DNA of 64,000 bases. Source: Rebecca billardiae RCC1528 (lineage: Eukaryota > Protista > Haptophyta). The notes beneath the pieces are model-generated. The model was not told where the DNA came from and searched no databases. It saw only the letters and a list, made by a program, of their open reading frames with translations. The stretch is from the NCBI GenBank assembly GCA_965240325.2, contig OZ251237.1, positions 1,116,001 to 1,180,000 of the forward strand, in the 5' to 3' direction. Shown here piece by piece: positions 23,372 to 34,849 of the stretch (positions are counted from its first letter, which is position 1; every line of letters begins with the position of its first letter). The position numbers and the translations under genes were made by a program.

Positions 23372-25004
23372 ATGGCCGAGCCGGCCATCGAGATCGTGCC
23401 CGATCGGTTGTACTGGCAGTCCTTCCGCGGCTACCCCGAGCCACAGCAGGGCGTGCATTTCTTCTCGACAGACGACCTGCTCGTTTACGATCCGTACTAT
23501 GGCGACTTTGGTCCGCTGAACATCTCGCAGCTCACACGCTTCATGCGCATGCTCAACGACAAGATGCGCGCAGCGGAGGCGGAGAAGAAGAAGATCGTCT
23601 ACTTCTGCCGCGCCAACGCCGACACGCGTGCCAACTCGGCCTTCCTCATCGCGGCGTACAACATGATCTACCTGAACAAGTCGCCGCCCAAGGCGTTCGA
23701 GCCGTTTGCATCCGTGCGCACGCCGTTCGTGCCGTTCCGCGACGCGTCCCTCGGGCCGCCCACCTTCAACCTCACCATCCCGCACGTCCTGGCGGGCCTG
23801 CACAAGGCCATGGAGAGCGGCTTCTACGACCCCGAGACGTTTGACTGCGAGGAGTACGAGTTTTACGAGCGCGTCGAGAACGGCGACTTCAACTGGATCA
23901 TCCGGGATAAGTTCCTCGCGTTCTCGGGGCCGACACAGACGCCGATCTCGTACGTCGACGGGGTGAAGACGAATACCCCCGAGACGTACTACGAATACTT
24001 CCGCGAGAACAACGTGACGGGCGTGATCCGCTTCAACAACAAGGTGTACGACCGCAAGAAGTTCCTCGACGCAGGTGCGCGCGCGTGCACGCGCGCACCT
24101 GCGTAGGGCCAGACGCGGGGGGAGTGGTTGGGGGTGGGAGGGGGGTGGGGGGCGCATGGTCGCGGAGGGTGCGCGGCGGCGCGTGCAGCGCATGGCCGCA
24201 CCCGCACCTCATCCCTCTGCGCGCCCCCTCGCCCGTCCCGCCCGCGCCCCCGCCCGCGCCCCGCGCCGCGTGCGCGCGCAGGCATCAACCACACCGACTT
24301 GTATTTTGCAGACGGAGGCAACCCGACCGACCAGATCATCAAGAAGTTCATGGAGGTCGCCGAGAACGTGCGTGGCGCGCGGGACGCGCCGCTCGCGAGG
24401 CTGCGCGCGCCCGCGAGCGCGCGGCTGACGCGCCGGCGCGCCGCGCGCGCCACGCTGTCCGCGCAGGAGCCGGGCGCGAGTGCGGTGCATTGCAAAGCCG
24501 GCCTCGGCCGGACAGGGACGCTGATCGGGCTGTACATCATGAAGCATTACGGCTTCACCGCGCCGGAGACGATAGGGTACCTGAGGCTTTGCCGCCCCGG
24601 CTCCGTGATCGGCCCGCAGCAGAACTTCCTGGTGGACTTGGAGAAGCGGATGTGGAAGGAGGGCGAGGCGTTCCGCAAGCGCGGGCAGGGCGGCGGGGCG
24701 AGCGGCAGCCCGAGCTTGGCACAGCAGATGCGCTCGATGGCGCTGGGCGGGGCGAGCGGCAGCTCATCGAAGATGTGCGTGCGCGCGCGCGCGCGCGTAG
24801 CGGCGCGGCCGTGGGGCGGACCGCGCGCTGCGCACACCGCGCACCCGCCGCTGACCGTGCCACGCCCGCCACTCCGCGCGCAGAGCGACGGGCGCGGAGT
24901 CGAATGCGACCGCCAAGCCGCCAGCCCGGGGGCTCGGCGGCCTCGGCTTCGGTGGGAGCTCGCCTTTGAAGCAGAAGGGCGTGTCTGCCTTCGGCCGGCG
25001 CTGA
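23372..25004 (+). CDS. CDC14: Cdc14 dual-specificity phosphatase
   Basis: Exons 23372-24074, 24282-24367, 24467-24774, 24884-25004. Motifs: [50 protein letters not shown]. The last exon is less certain. Confidence 0.95.
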
Positions 25005-25787
25005 GGCCAGCCGGCCCGGTGACGCGGCAAGTGCATCCCCGCAGACGGAAGACGCACGTGCGCGCACCGACGCAGCCGATGGCTCGGCTTCGCAGACATC
25101 ATGCTTCCCACTTGTACCATCGCACGCAGCTCTCTAAGTCGGGCCAGTGGGTCTGCGGCGGCCACGCGCCGCTGCTGCCTGTCCGTGCCTCGGCCCGCCG
25201 CACTGCTTGCAGCCACGGGACACCGCTCCGCAGCACGGGTCACCGAGACTAGGGCGCGCAGCGACCGGGCAGTCACGGCGCTCTCCCGCTGCATGATTCG
25301 GAGGCACCCATGATGGCCATGATGCTGCGCGCGCAGTGTCAGCAGGGCACAATGACTACGGTGCGGTCTGCTCGGGTCTATGCCACCCGGCGCTGCGCTG
25401 CCAGTGTCATGCTTCAGTAATTTATTAAATCGTGAAGCCTAGAATTAAAGTTCTACGGTTACTAGTGCACAATAGTCCGATTACTATACTCTATAGTGCA
25501 GCTCTGTCTCTGTAACACTCTGTAAAATATATACGTCGGCGTCTTAGAATTCAATATATTAAATTATATTATTATAATATAAATATAATTAAAATACAAT
25601 AATCATCATACGAATAGGAAGAATATTATTTTACTGATAATTCTATATGATTCAAGGACGCATGAAGAAAAATATGAAGATACATATGAAGAATAAACGA
25701 ACACGCGTTTATTGAGTTTTGACAATAACCGCGCCACAGCAGTAGTTATGAGTAGTGCTCCGCGGACTGATGTCGCCGCTGCACAGC

Positions 25788-25954
25788 GCAGGGGCGTTCC
25801 CCGCATCGGTCATACGCCAAATTGAACCACCTTCCTATTGAAACGAGCTTCCTCCATTTGAAGCGGGTACATTTGAATACGGAAAAAGGCAAAGCCCCCG
25901 CAGCGGGGGCTTTGCTTTTCACGAGCGTCTGGCAGGATCCCGGGAACGCCCTTG
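25788..25954. other. Non-coding structured element: imperfect ~30-bp terminal inverted repeats enclosing a perfect hairpin (MITE-like or ncRNA)
   Basis: gcaggggcgttcccc (25788) pairs with gggaacgcccttgc (25941-25954). The internal perfect inverted repeat gcaaagcccccgc-a-gcgggggctttgc (25889-25915) is flanked by A and T runs. Confidence 0.55.
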
Positions 25955-26297
25955 CTGCACTTGTCACTGACTGCTCTGCCGAGCGGCTGAGGTGTAATAT
26001 GTAATAACGGACTACTGAGTACTGTACGCGTCACCCGGGGCCGTACCGCATACGATCGTAACACGGTTCAGGATTCGACATAATTATCCCAGCCGATCCA
26101 CATCAGTGTCCCTTGGGACTCAATGTTACTGTTACGAAACACACATCAATTTGATATATATATATATATATATATATCAAATTGCGCTATAGCTGGTGAA
26201 TCATCGTCGTCAATAATCGTATAGCAGATGGTGATATTATGCGGATCATCGGCGACGACAGACTAATCGGCGATGCCGCCGCTGGTCAGATATTCAA

Positions 26298-26476
26298 TAT
26301 ATATTAACGACGTGGTATGCAACGGGCAGGCGTCAGAGTCAGCAAGCTGTAGCAGCAGATCGAGCAGCAGAGACAAACACCAGGATCAGCGCTCCTCGCC
26401 GTCGTCCCCCCCCTCATAGTCGCCCATCACTCCATCGCCGAGCGGAAGCTCGACGCACCGTCTGGCGTCGACGCGC
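26298..26476 (-). mobile_element. Dispersed repeat, copy 1 (3' fragment of a probable retroelement)
   Basis: Reverse complement of 51394-51575, with 2 substitutions and a different poly-G length. Ends in a TA tract. Confidence 0.7.
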
Positions 26477-26669
26477 AAATATATATGAGTGCGATATTGA
26501 CTGCTCAGACTGGCAACGCTGCTGCCGGCCATCGCCGCTGCTGATGGCACGTGGCAGGTACTGGCTAATATGATTGACGATGAAAACGCTGATCGGATCA
26601 TGCGACATGCGGCTGCCGAGCTGCTGCTGCTGCGCAGCCTTCTGCCCCGGCAGATCTGACTTCTGAGAG

Positions 26670-27812
26670 CTATGCGCGAACTTGCGCGGCCAGGTACTCG
26701 TGTGCTGATCCGAGCGCGATGTCGGTCACGATGAGCTCGCCACCTCGTGAGTCGCGCAGCAGCGCGTCCACCTGGCTCGGATTCGGTTGTATCGGGCTCT
26801 TGGCGAGCTGGATGAGTGTGCTGAGCGCCTGCGCCTTCTCCACTCGGTCTGTAGATAGCCCAGTGCGCTGCTCTTCGGTCTGACACGCGTCGAGCTCCTC
26901 GCTAGCGTACCGGCACACATCGTTGACGAAATCGACGCGCCCAATCCCGAGTACGCTTCCCGTTCTGGGCGCGGCCAGGTTGCACGTGTCGTCTTCGGCC
27001 GCGCTGGCCGGCAGAGGACGGTTGCCCTGAGCGTGCTGTGGCGCTTGATGCTGGGGCGGGCTCGCCATGTAGCGCTTGTTGTTCGCGATCGGCTTGAAGT
27101 TCGAGGTCTCCAGCTTGAGCCAGCTCATCACGTCCCGCGCGGACACAATGCACTGCGCCGCCTGTAATTGTTCGAGATCCCTCAGCACCGCATCCGCCTT
27201 GGCTGTACTTGATATGTCCACCCAGCGAGCGTTCATGATGGGTGCGCCGCATGCATGCGTCACATCGGCTGCGCTCCCAGCGCGCGCCTCGAGCGAGCGC
27301 ACCTCGCCGTCGGTGGCAATGTAGTAGAGGCTGAAATCACTGCACGTGTCGCAATGTACACCCGTGTAGCCCACGTCCTCGGTCCAGAAAGTCCTGGTCG
27401 CGAGGATCTTCTCGATGTCTTCGCGCTTCACAGCACCGCGCTGGAACGTTGCGGACGCCATGCACGCCAACGCAAGCACACCCGCAAACGGCGCACCGGC
27501 GTCGCCGCTGCTCAGAACGAGCGCGCGCGCCGTCTCGACGCGCACCACTTCGCCCGTGTGCGTGTACATGGTCCCGACCATCTTCGAACGATCTTCACAG
27601 ATGCATACCTTGAATAGGCGCGCGAGCTCGAGCTTCAGCGATGCGATGTTGACTGCGAGGGCCAAGTCCACGAGTCTCTTCTTTTGGCGCTTGCAGTCGC
27701 GTGCATCGTCGTCCTGCTCCTGCGCAACCACGTCATTGCCAGTAGCGAGCGGCGCGATGGGCAGGGTGCTCGCGACCGTCGTCGTCGTTTGGGGCATGTG
27801 GCGGATCTGCAT
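26670..27812 (-). CDS. Hypothetical protein, 380 aa, no recognisable family
   Basis: Long intronless ORF with a globular, non-shadow amino-acid composition and visibly lower GC than neighbouring genes. Confidence 0.6.
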   Translation of the reverse strand: MQIRHMPQTTTTVASTLPIAPLATGNDVVAQEQDDDARDCKRQKKRLVDLALAVNIASLKLELARLFKVCICEDRSKMVGTMYTHTGEVVRVETARALVLSSGDAGAPFAGVLALACMASATFQRGAVKREDIEKILATRTFWTEDVGYTGVHCDTCSDFSLYYIATDGEVRSLEARAGSAADVTHACGAPIMNARWVDISSTAKADAVLRDLEQLQAAQCIVSARDVMSWLKLETSNFKPIANNKRYMASPPQHQAPQHAQGNRPLPASAAEDDTCNLAAPRTGSVLGIGRVDFVNDVCRYASEELDACQTEEQRTGLSTDRVEKAQALSTLIQLAKSPIQPNPSQVDALLRDSRGGELIVTDIALGSAHEYLAAQVRA

Positions 27813-28067
27813 GCGGAGCTCGCGCGAGGCTGACGAGCCCTTCGTCGTTCAACTCGGTGGCATATTATCAGCGACAAACGGCCGTCGTCGTCGATAATGT
27901 AGTCAGCAGTGAGTGTCCGTATTATTTTACCGGTCACTGTATTTCGACATTCTCAGCAGCAAATTCGTCGGCGCGACGTAAAGTGAGCTGGCAGAAAGGG
28001 ATCCTCATTCAGCATCAGATCGAATAGCTGATCAGCGGCAGAGGCAGTGCCCAGCGGTGAGTGGTCA

Positions 28068-30969
28068 TCACTGTTTTGACCGCGAGTGCTCCCACGTCGC
28101 CGGCTGGCTGTGCTCATGCTCGTGCTCAGACTCGGTGCCGACTGCGCCGATTGAAGCGTCCGTCGCGTGCGGTTCGGGCTGCTCGTGCGCCTCATCCACC
28201 GCCACTGATGCCGAGGCCAGCACCCGGTCGGGCGTGTGGTAGCCGTCGTACGGCTTCCACGGCACCGCGTTGCTATACGCGCGCAGGTAGTCGCCCCACC
28301 ACGGCAGCCCCATGGCAAAGTGCACGCTGTACGCCGCCTTGTGCAGCGGGTGGTCCACCTGCCGCGTGGCGCTCTCCGGCAGCGCCGCCGCGTCCAGTAG
28401 CCGCTCGATCGCCGCCTGCACGCGCGGCGGCGCGAGCACGCGCGCGCGCGCGCGGCCGTGAGCGCGGCACGCACGGCGCGCGCGCGCGCGCGCGCGACAC
28501 GGCGGCAGCGCGCGCGCGCGCACCTCCCACGACAGCGTGTAGCGCTCGACCGCGCTGAGCGGCTGCGGCGTCGACTCGAGCGCGTCTCGGACCTGCTTGG
28601 CGAACTGGGCGGGGGTCCTGAAGAAGCGCGCGTTGGCGAAGGACTTGAAGAAGTTGTTCGACGGGTGCTCGGCGATCACGACCACCTTGCCCATCGCCAG
28701 CGCCTCCGCCGTCGCCGTGCACAGCACCTCGGACGTGCTCGGGTTCACGAACACGTCGTACGCGTTGATCGACTCGTCCGCGTGGTCGATCGCGCCGAGG
28801 AAGTCGGTCGGCGAGCCGCGCGCGGCGGCCTCGGCGCGGATGTCCTCGTCGTCCGGGCCGTAGCCGTAGCAGTCGACGCGCACGCCCCCGAGCTGCGCGC
28901 GCCACGCCTCCGAGTCCGTGAGCTCGAGCAGCTGCCGGTACCCCTTGGCCCACAGCGCCTTGCCCAGAAAGTAGATCCCGTCGGACGCGCGCGCGGGCGG
29001 CGGCTCGACGGCGCGGCGCGCGCCGATGGCGAGGAAGTCGGGGCGCACGCCGTGCACGTTGCGCACGATGCAGCGGCCGGGGAGCCACTGCAGCGTGTCC
29101 GACAGCTTGATCGTCACGTCGCAGTACGCGGCGACGCACAGCGTGTTGATGAACCACGAGCCGGCCATCGTGCTCGCGCCAAACTGCTCCGCATACGCGA
29201 TGTAGTTTGTGTGCGCGACGCCGACGACGTGGCGGAAGTGGCGGTTCCACCGCGTGCCGTGGTGGTTCCACGTGAGGTGCTCGGGCTCCTCGAGGATCGC
29301 CACGTCGTCGCACCCCGCGGGCAGCTGGCGCACCAGGTCGGTCGTGGGCATGATCGAGCCCGCCACCTCGTCAAAGCCGGCCGGGTACCACGCAATCTCG
29401 AAGTCGAGATTCGGCAGCGAGCCCTTCGTCTCGCCCCACCAGCGGATGTACTCCTCCTGCTCGGCGGGGCTCTGGAAGCGCAGCGAGGCGGGGAAGACGT
29501 AGTGCTGCTCGTCCGGCGCGAGCCACGGCACCACCAGCGTCACCTGCCGCCTGCCGCTGCGCTCCGCGAGGTAAGCTGCGCGCAGCAGCGGGTTGATGGA
29601 CGTTCCTGTCATCCACGGCAGCGCCGCCGTCGTCACGATCGTGATGTGCCGCCCGTCGGTGCGCAGGTTGGAGGCGTCCGAGACGCGGAACGGCCCGAGC
29701 AGCTCGACGTCCGCCGCCGCGTCCACCGGCGGCGGCGGCAGCACGTCGGGCGGCAGCGCGGGCAGCGAGACGGCCGCGCGCCAGCGCGCGCGCAGCTCGG
29801 CGAGCGTCGGCCGCGCGCGCGCGCCGCCCTTCTGTCCCGCGCGCTGGAAGACGCGCTCGATGAACTCGCGCAGCTCAGAGTAGCTCGTGGCGCCGGTCTC
29901 CGGCCCGTCCGACGTGAGCTCGCCCGTCGCCACCGACTCCTGCCACTCGCGCTTCAGCGTGAGGTACGCGCTCTCGATCTCGCGCTCGATCTCCTGCACG
30001 TCAGATTTGATCTCGGCGGTCGCGTTGGTCATGCGCTCGCGCCGCTTGTCAAGCTCCTCCTTCGCGGCGGCGATGCGCGTGCGCAGCTTGGCCTGCGCGT
30101 CCTTGGAGGCGACGACGAAGACCTTCCGGATCTCCGTCGCGTTCGGCGCCGAGCCGTCCTCGCGCGAGCGCGTGAGCACCTCCTTCACCGTCTCGTGGTA
30201 CTCAGCCGGCAGCGAGTCCGTCAGCACTTCCTCCAGCCCGCGCCAGCCCTCGCGCTGCAGCACGCGCAGCGCGGCCTGCACCTGCAGGCGCTGCCTCGCG
30301 CGCAGCTCGGCGGAGGGCGAGGCGCGGCCGGCGCGCGCCGGCTGGCCCACGCGCCGCCCGCCAAGCGCCCTGCCGCCGCCGCCGCCGCCGCCGACGCCGG
30401 CGCGGCGGCTGCGGACGATGCCGCCGCCGCCGCTCGCGGCGCGCCGGCGAGCCGTGATTGGGGGCAGGTCTTTCAGCCGGCCCTCGACGTCCAGCTCCAC
30501 CTCCTCCTGGAAGCGCTCCCAGTCGCTCTCGAGCGTGCGGATCGCCACGCTCGTGCGCTGCACGAGCTCGCGCCCCACCACGCGCTGCTCGGGGCTCTCG
30601 GGCCAATCAGCAAGCGTCTCCTCGAGCAGCGTTGCCATGCGGTCAAGCATGGAGGGCGGCGCGAGCCAGGCCGGCTGCTGGCGCGGGTCGGCCAGGCTCC
30701 GACGTCTGCGAGGGAGCGGTCGCACGCGCGGCGGGCGCCGCGACGCGAGGGCGTGTCACCGGCGTCGCGCGGCGCCGATCTGGGCGGGCAAAACGAGCGC
30801 GCGGCGCCGCGCACCTCTCGTTCCGATTTTGGGTGACCTTCATGCGCACGAGAGGGACGCGAGCCCTGTGCGCGCGACTCGGCGTCAGTGAGACGCTGCG
30901 GTGGGCATGGGTACCCACCGCGAGCAGTAGCAGCGCGAGCGCGCCGCATGCCGCGCGCTCGCCGGGCAT
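28068..30969 (-). CDS. DGD1: Digalactosyldiacylglycerol synthase (GT4)
   Basis: Exons 30969-30815 (signal peptide), 30705-28524, 28415-28068. Motifs: IVTTAALPWMTGTSINPLLRAAYL, AILEEPEHLTWNHHG, HTNY, NVHGV, YFLGKALWAKGY, FVNPSTSEVLCTATAEALAMGK. Confidence 0.93.
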
Positions 30970-31350
30970 CGCGGCGACGACGCGCCGCCCGAAATGCCCT
31001 TCCGACGCGGCGCTTGCCGTCAATAAATAGCGCGCTTCGGCGCGCGTGTCTCCACCGGAACCGCCACGGAGAGCTGGAGAGCGCGGGTGGCGAGTGACGA
31101 ATGACGCGCGCCGGGCTCGTATTTCCGACACGCATTTGCGTTATTCGTCGTATAGTCGTCATTTTATTTGCTTTTTCGTCGTCGGCGCGCAAAAATAGCC
31201 CAGCATCAAGTTGCAATGACCGAGACGAAGTTCATCCCTCGAGCTGCTCGAGAGCGGAACGAAGACAAGCTTGCTAGCTTAGTGGGCGGCTGACGCCATT
31301 AAATGACGATGCTGGGAAGTCACTCGGTCACACTGTGAATACGATCACGA

Positions 31351-32193
31351 TCAGCCGACGATGATATGCAGCCCGCGCGGGCACGAGGATGAGCCGGCCG
31401 CGGATGGTGGCTCCGGTTCGTCCGAGAGTTGAGTGACATCGCCCAGGAGCTCAAGATGAGATGGGGCTTCCGGGCGTGGACCGAAGCCCGAGTCTTTTGC
31501 CAGGTTTCCAATGGCCACTCTGTCTCTGACCACATCGACCAGTGTGAGCTCGCGCAGGTCCTGGGACTCGTCGATCTGGGCGTTCTGATGTATTTGGCAA
31601 ACACCGGACAGGGTCCATCCGAGGGATCCCACGAGCCAGAGCCAGAACACGGCTTCAAGTAGCGCTGAGCCTGCGGCCGGTGCCGCCTGCCAGACAATCC
31701 ATGAGCCGAGGAGGAAGCTCACTGCGCCAGTCATGGCAAGGGCAGTGGCGGAAACCGCAAGTGCTTGGGAGTGCTTGCCGCGGGCCATCGCCGTCAGCTC
31801 AGCTGCATATCTAACAGCTAAAAGAGCGGACCCAAAGGCGATGCATGCAACGCAGGCTGCGGGCGCGGCGGCGACAATATCCGGGAGGAAAGCGATGGAT
31901 CCAACGACATAGAACACCAGCCCTACGATAGAAACAACCAGGATGCCACGGAGGCGACGTTGGGACCGTCTTGTCTGCGAGAGGTCTCGTACGTCCAGCG
32001 CGAGGAAAGTGCAAGACCCGGCAGCAAAGACCAGAGCAGCAGCGGTCGCTGTGGCTGCACCGGCGTAGAAAGAAAGCAACGATCCCGCGACCAACATGAG
32101 CCCGCCGGCGGTGTAGGCTGCGGCAAACACTAGGCCGCTGGTGGCGGTGCTATCGCCCGCCTTCCGGGCAGGCTCCGACGGGTTGTCCGCCAT
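31351..32193 (-). CDS. Multi-pass membrane protein, YrhK-like repeats
   Basis: About 6 TM helices with repeated GS-x-x-F/W motifs (AGSLLSF, AGSCTFL, FYVVGSIAFLP, FLLGSW, WLVGSLGW). Confidence 0.6.
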   Translation of the reverse strand: MADNPSEPARKAGDSTATSGLVFAAAYTAGGLMLVAGSLLSFYAGAATATAAALVFAAGSCTFLALDVRDLSQTRRSQRRLRGILVVSIVGLVFYVVGSIAFLPDIVAAAPAACVACIAFGSALLAVRYAAELTAMARGKHSQALAVSATALAMTGAVSFLLGSWIVWQAAPAAGSALLEAVFWLWLVGSLGWTLSGVCQIHQNAQIDESQDLRELTLVDVVRDRVAIGNLAKDSGFGPRPEAPSHLELLGDVTQLSDEPEPPSAAGSSSCPRGLHIIVG

Positions 32194-32451
32194 CGCTCCA
32201 TCGATAGACGAAATACGTATTTATTGGACGAGATTCCTCGACAAAACGACCGGGCGGGCATCGTCGACAGAATTGCATGCAATATGCATCATGTGTGCTG
32301 GGCCAAGGTATCCGAGTACTGTGTGGACGACGGTGGGGCAAGGACGACGGGCGCTGGCGCGCCGCGAGGCGGCCGCAGCCCTCATCCAAGCCTCGCAGGC
32401 GGACGGCTGAACGAATTTTCCGGCGGCGCAGCCATCGGCGACGGCTCCCAA

Positions 32452-33462
32452 CTAAGCAGTAGCAGTCAGCTGTGCGGAGAGTGCGAGGCCGTCGTGAGCG
32501 AGTGCAATGTCGAGCCCCTCGCGCTTTCCAAGTGCGCGGAGCTCGCGGTTGGTGGCGTGATGCTCAAGCGAGTGGGACATGCCGACGAACCGCGCCAATC
32601 GAGGCCGCAGCTCGCGCACCAGCTGCAGGCTCTGCTTCAGGGACGCGTGCACGCGTGGCGGGTTGTCGCGATCGATCGCATCGAGCACGAGCAGCGCGAT
32701 GCGCTTCCCGTCCGTGCTCCACGCGCGGAGCCGTGCGAGCACGTCGGGCGGCACGTGCGTGTAGTCGCTCAGGTAGACGACCTTGTGCTCATCTGGGCCG
32801 AACGCGTAGCCCATGCACGTGTAGCCAGCCCCGTGCTCCACGGGCAGCGGCGTGAACTCCACGCCGCACACGTCAAACGGCGCCGCCTCGTCGATGGCGT
32901 GCCACTCGAGCTGCGCGACAAAGCGCCTGATACCGGAGGCGCGCCGCGGGTGCACGAGGTACGGGAACGCGCGCGCACAATGCCGAAGCGTGCGTCGGTC
33001 GCAAAAGACCGGCGTCGGCGTCATCTGGCGCTCCGCGTCGAGCCGCTGCACGCTGCGAATGTCGTCGAGGCCGAGCACAGCGTCCGCGTGGTCGTGCGTC
33101 AGGATGATGGCATCCACGCCGTCGACGCCGAGCTTGTGGAAGAAGCGCAGGACGGCGCTGCGGAACGTCTTGCCACAATCGATGATGATGTGTCGAGCGG
33201 GCTGGCCCGCCGAGCCGGGGATGGTGATCAGGAGGGACACGTTGCCGCGGAAGTTCTTGTTGCGCGGGCCGCGGCGAGCGCGCGTGCACGTGCGGCAGCG
33301 TCCGTGTGCGGCGCCATTCGCGACGCAGCGCAGGTCGGGCAGCGCCGTGCTAGGGCCGGAGCCGAGGAAGACGATGCGCCCCACCCCTTGCGACTGCTCT
33401 CCGCCACTGATGCAACACCACAGGGTGAGCAGCAGGGCCGCCAGCCTCGCGGCGGCCGCCAT
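32452..33462 (-). CDS. Metallo-beta-lactamase-fold hydrolase (PhnP-like) with an N-terminal signal peptide
   Basis: IVFLGSGPS, IIIDCGKTF, LTHDHADAVLGLDD, PVEHG, YLSD, VGMSH, AHDGL. Confidence 0.88.
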   Translation of the reverse strand: MAAAARLAALLLTLWCCISGGEQSQGVGRIVFLGSGPSTALPDLRCVANGAAHGRCRTCTRARRGPRNKNFRGNVSLLITIPGSAGQPARHIIIDCGKTFRSAVLRFFHKLGVDGVDAIILTHDHADAVLGLDDIRSVQRLDAERQMTPTPVFCDRRTLRHCARAFPYLVHPRRASGIRRFVAQLEWHAIDEAAPFDVCGVEFTPLPVEHGAGYTCMGYAFGPDEHKVVYLSDYTHVPPDVLARLRAWSTDGKRIALLVLDAIDRDNPPRVHASLKQSLQLVRELRPRLARFVGMSHSLEHHATNRELRALGKREGLDIALAHDGLALSAQLTATA

Positions 33463-33549
33463 GCGTCCAGTGACGGGCTTGGCCGCCTGCCCGCCTGGCG
33501 GTGGGGCCACCCGGAAGCGGTCTAACGCGCCCGCCGCGTCGCGTGCGAC

Positions 33550-34497
33550 ATGTTCAGCGTGCCGCGCGGCTTGCTCGCTCGCATCAATCGCTGGCGGCAC
33601 GGCGTATCGTTGATGGAAGAAGCGGACATCTGGCGCCTCTTCATCGTCTGCGCGCATCGACGCGAGCTGCTCAAGCACGGCGAGCCGCCGCCGCGCACGT
33701 GGATGGAGAAGCTGCGCGCAAGTCCGCCGCCGTTTGCCGAGCAGAAGTCGTTCGTGCATGCAGAGCTGCAGGTGCAAGCTCTGCAAGCGCTTCGCTCGGC
33801 ACATGACGGCGAAGCAGATTACGAGCCATCCTTCGATCTCAGACGAATCGCGGAGCGCTCACATGACGCGCCGACAACATGCAGCGGTGTGCGGCTGGAC
33901 GGCTACGCCAACGCTGGCGACCTCGTCGCCTTCTTCCCCGGCGTCGTCTACACGACGCGCGACGTCTGGCACCTTCCCGGCGGGATCGAAAGCCTCAGAG
34001 GCGCCAACCTCTTTGCACGGCACGATGGAAGCATCGTGAACGCCTCTGAGCTGGGTGCCCTCCCGGCCGCGGGCGCACGCCACCCCCTCGCGCTCGCGCA
34101 CGAAATCAGCCACCCCCCGGAAGGGCGCGAGCCCAACGTCGCTCCATTCGGGCTCGACCTCGAGCTGGCGGCCCTGCAGCCGGAGCTCAGAGCGCACGTG
34201 CCCAACCTGAGCTTTGCCGCCCTGCCCTCCGAGCGCGCGAGAGAGTCGCGCGAGAGCATGCTCGACCTGATGCGCCACTCGATCACAGAGGGCGAGTACC
34301 CGGGCGGCACACTCGACGGGCAGCCGGTGGCGATGCCCGCGCAGCCAACGCTTGTGATGGTCGCACTTCGCGAGATCGACCACGAGGAGCTCCTGCTGAA
34401 CTACCGCCTGAACCCGAAGAATGCGCGCCCGTCGTGGTACAAGCCCGTGAGCGGCATCGAGGAGGACTTCCGATGGGCGATGGCGTCCGCAGCCTGA
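33550..34497 (+). CDS. SET domain protein, SETD9-like
   Basis: GDLVAFFPGVVY, HPLALAHEISHPP...PNV, LVMVALREIDHEELLLNYRL, PSWYKPV match the SETD9-type SET pattern as recalled. Confidence 0.72.
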   Translation: MFSVPRGLLARINRWRHGVSLMEEADIWRLFIVCAHRRELLKHGEPPPRTWMEKLRASPPPFAEQKSFVHAELQVQALQALRSAHDGEADYEPSFDLRRIAERSHDAPTTCSGVRLDGYANAGDLVAFFPGVVYTTRDVWHLPGGIESLRGANLFARHDGSIVNASELGALPAAGARHPLALAHEISHPPEGREPNVAPFGLDLELAALQPELRAHVPNLSFAALPSERARESRESMLDLMRHSITEGEYPGGTLDGQPVAMPAQPTLVMVALREIDHEELLLNYRLNPKNARPSWYKPVSGIEEDFRWAMASAA

Positions 34498-34849
34498 CGC
34501 GCGAGGCTATCGGACGATGTCGATGTGGATCTGGATTCCTGAGTCTTACTGATGAGACTTAGTAGTTACACAGTATAGTCAGTTCGTCGTCGCTCAATAT
34601 ACTAGCAGCTGAGAGAATCGTCGCGGATCATGCGGAGCAGATCGATATATTTCGCCGAGGCACATCCCGTCATCAGCGTCATCATCTCGTCATAGTAATT
34701 AGTATATATCACATCCGCCCGCGCCGCCCGACCGGACAGGTACAGTAGCCATGGCCCATGTCACATCACTCACAGCGAGCCAGCAGACGCTGCTGCTTCG
34801 AGCTCGCTCCTCTCCACAGGCATCACCGGTATCGCCAGCAGGCACTTGG

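Noticed and set aside
25883-25919. Rho-independent terminator or Helitron 3' end
   Set aside because: Eukaryotic context with no bacterial-type gene upstream and no CTRR terminus after the hairpin; kept only as part of the larger structured element.
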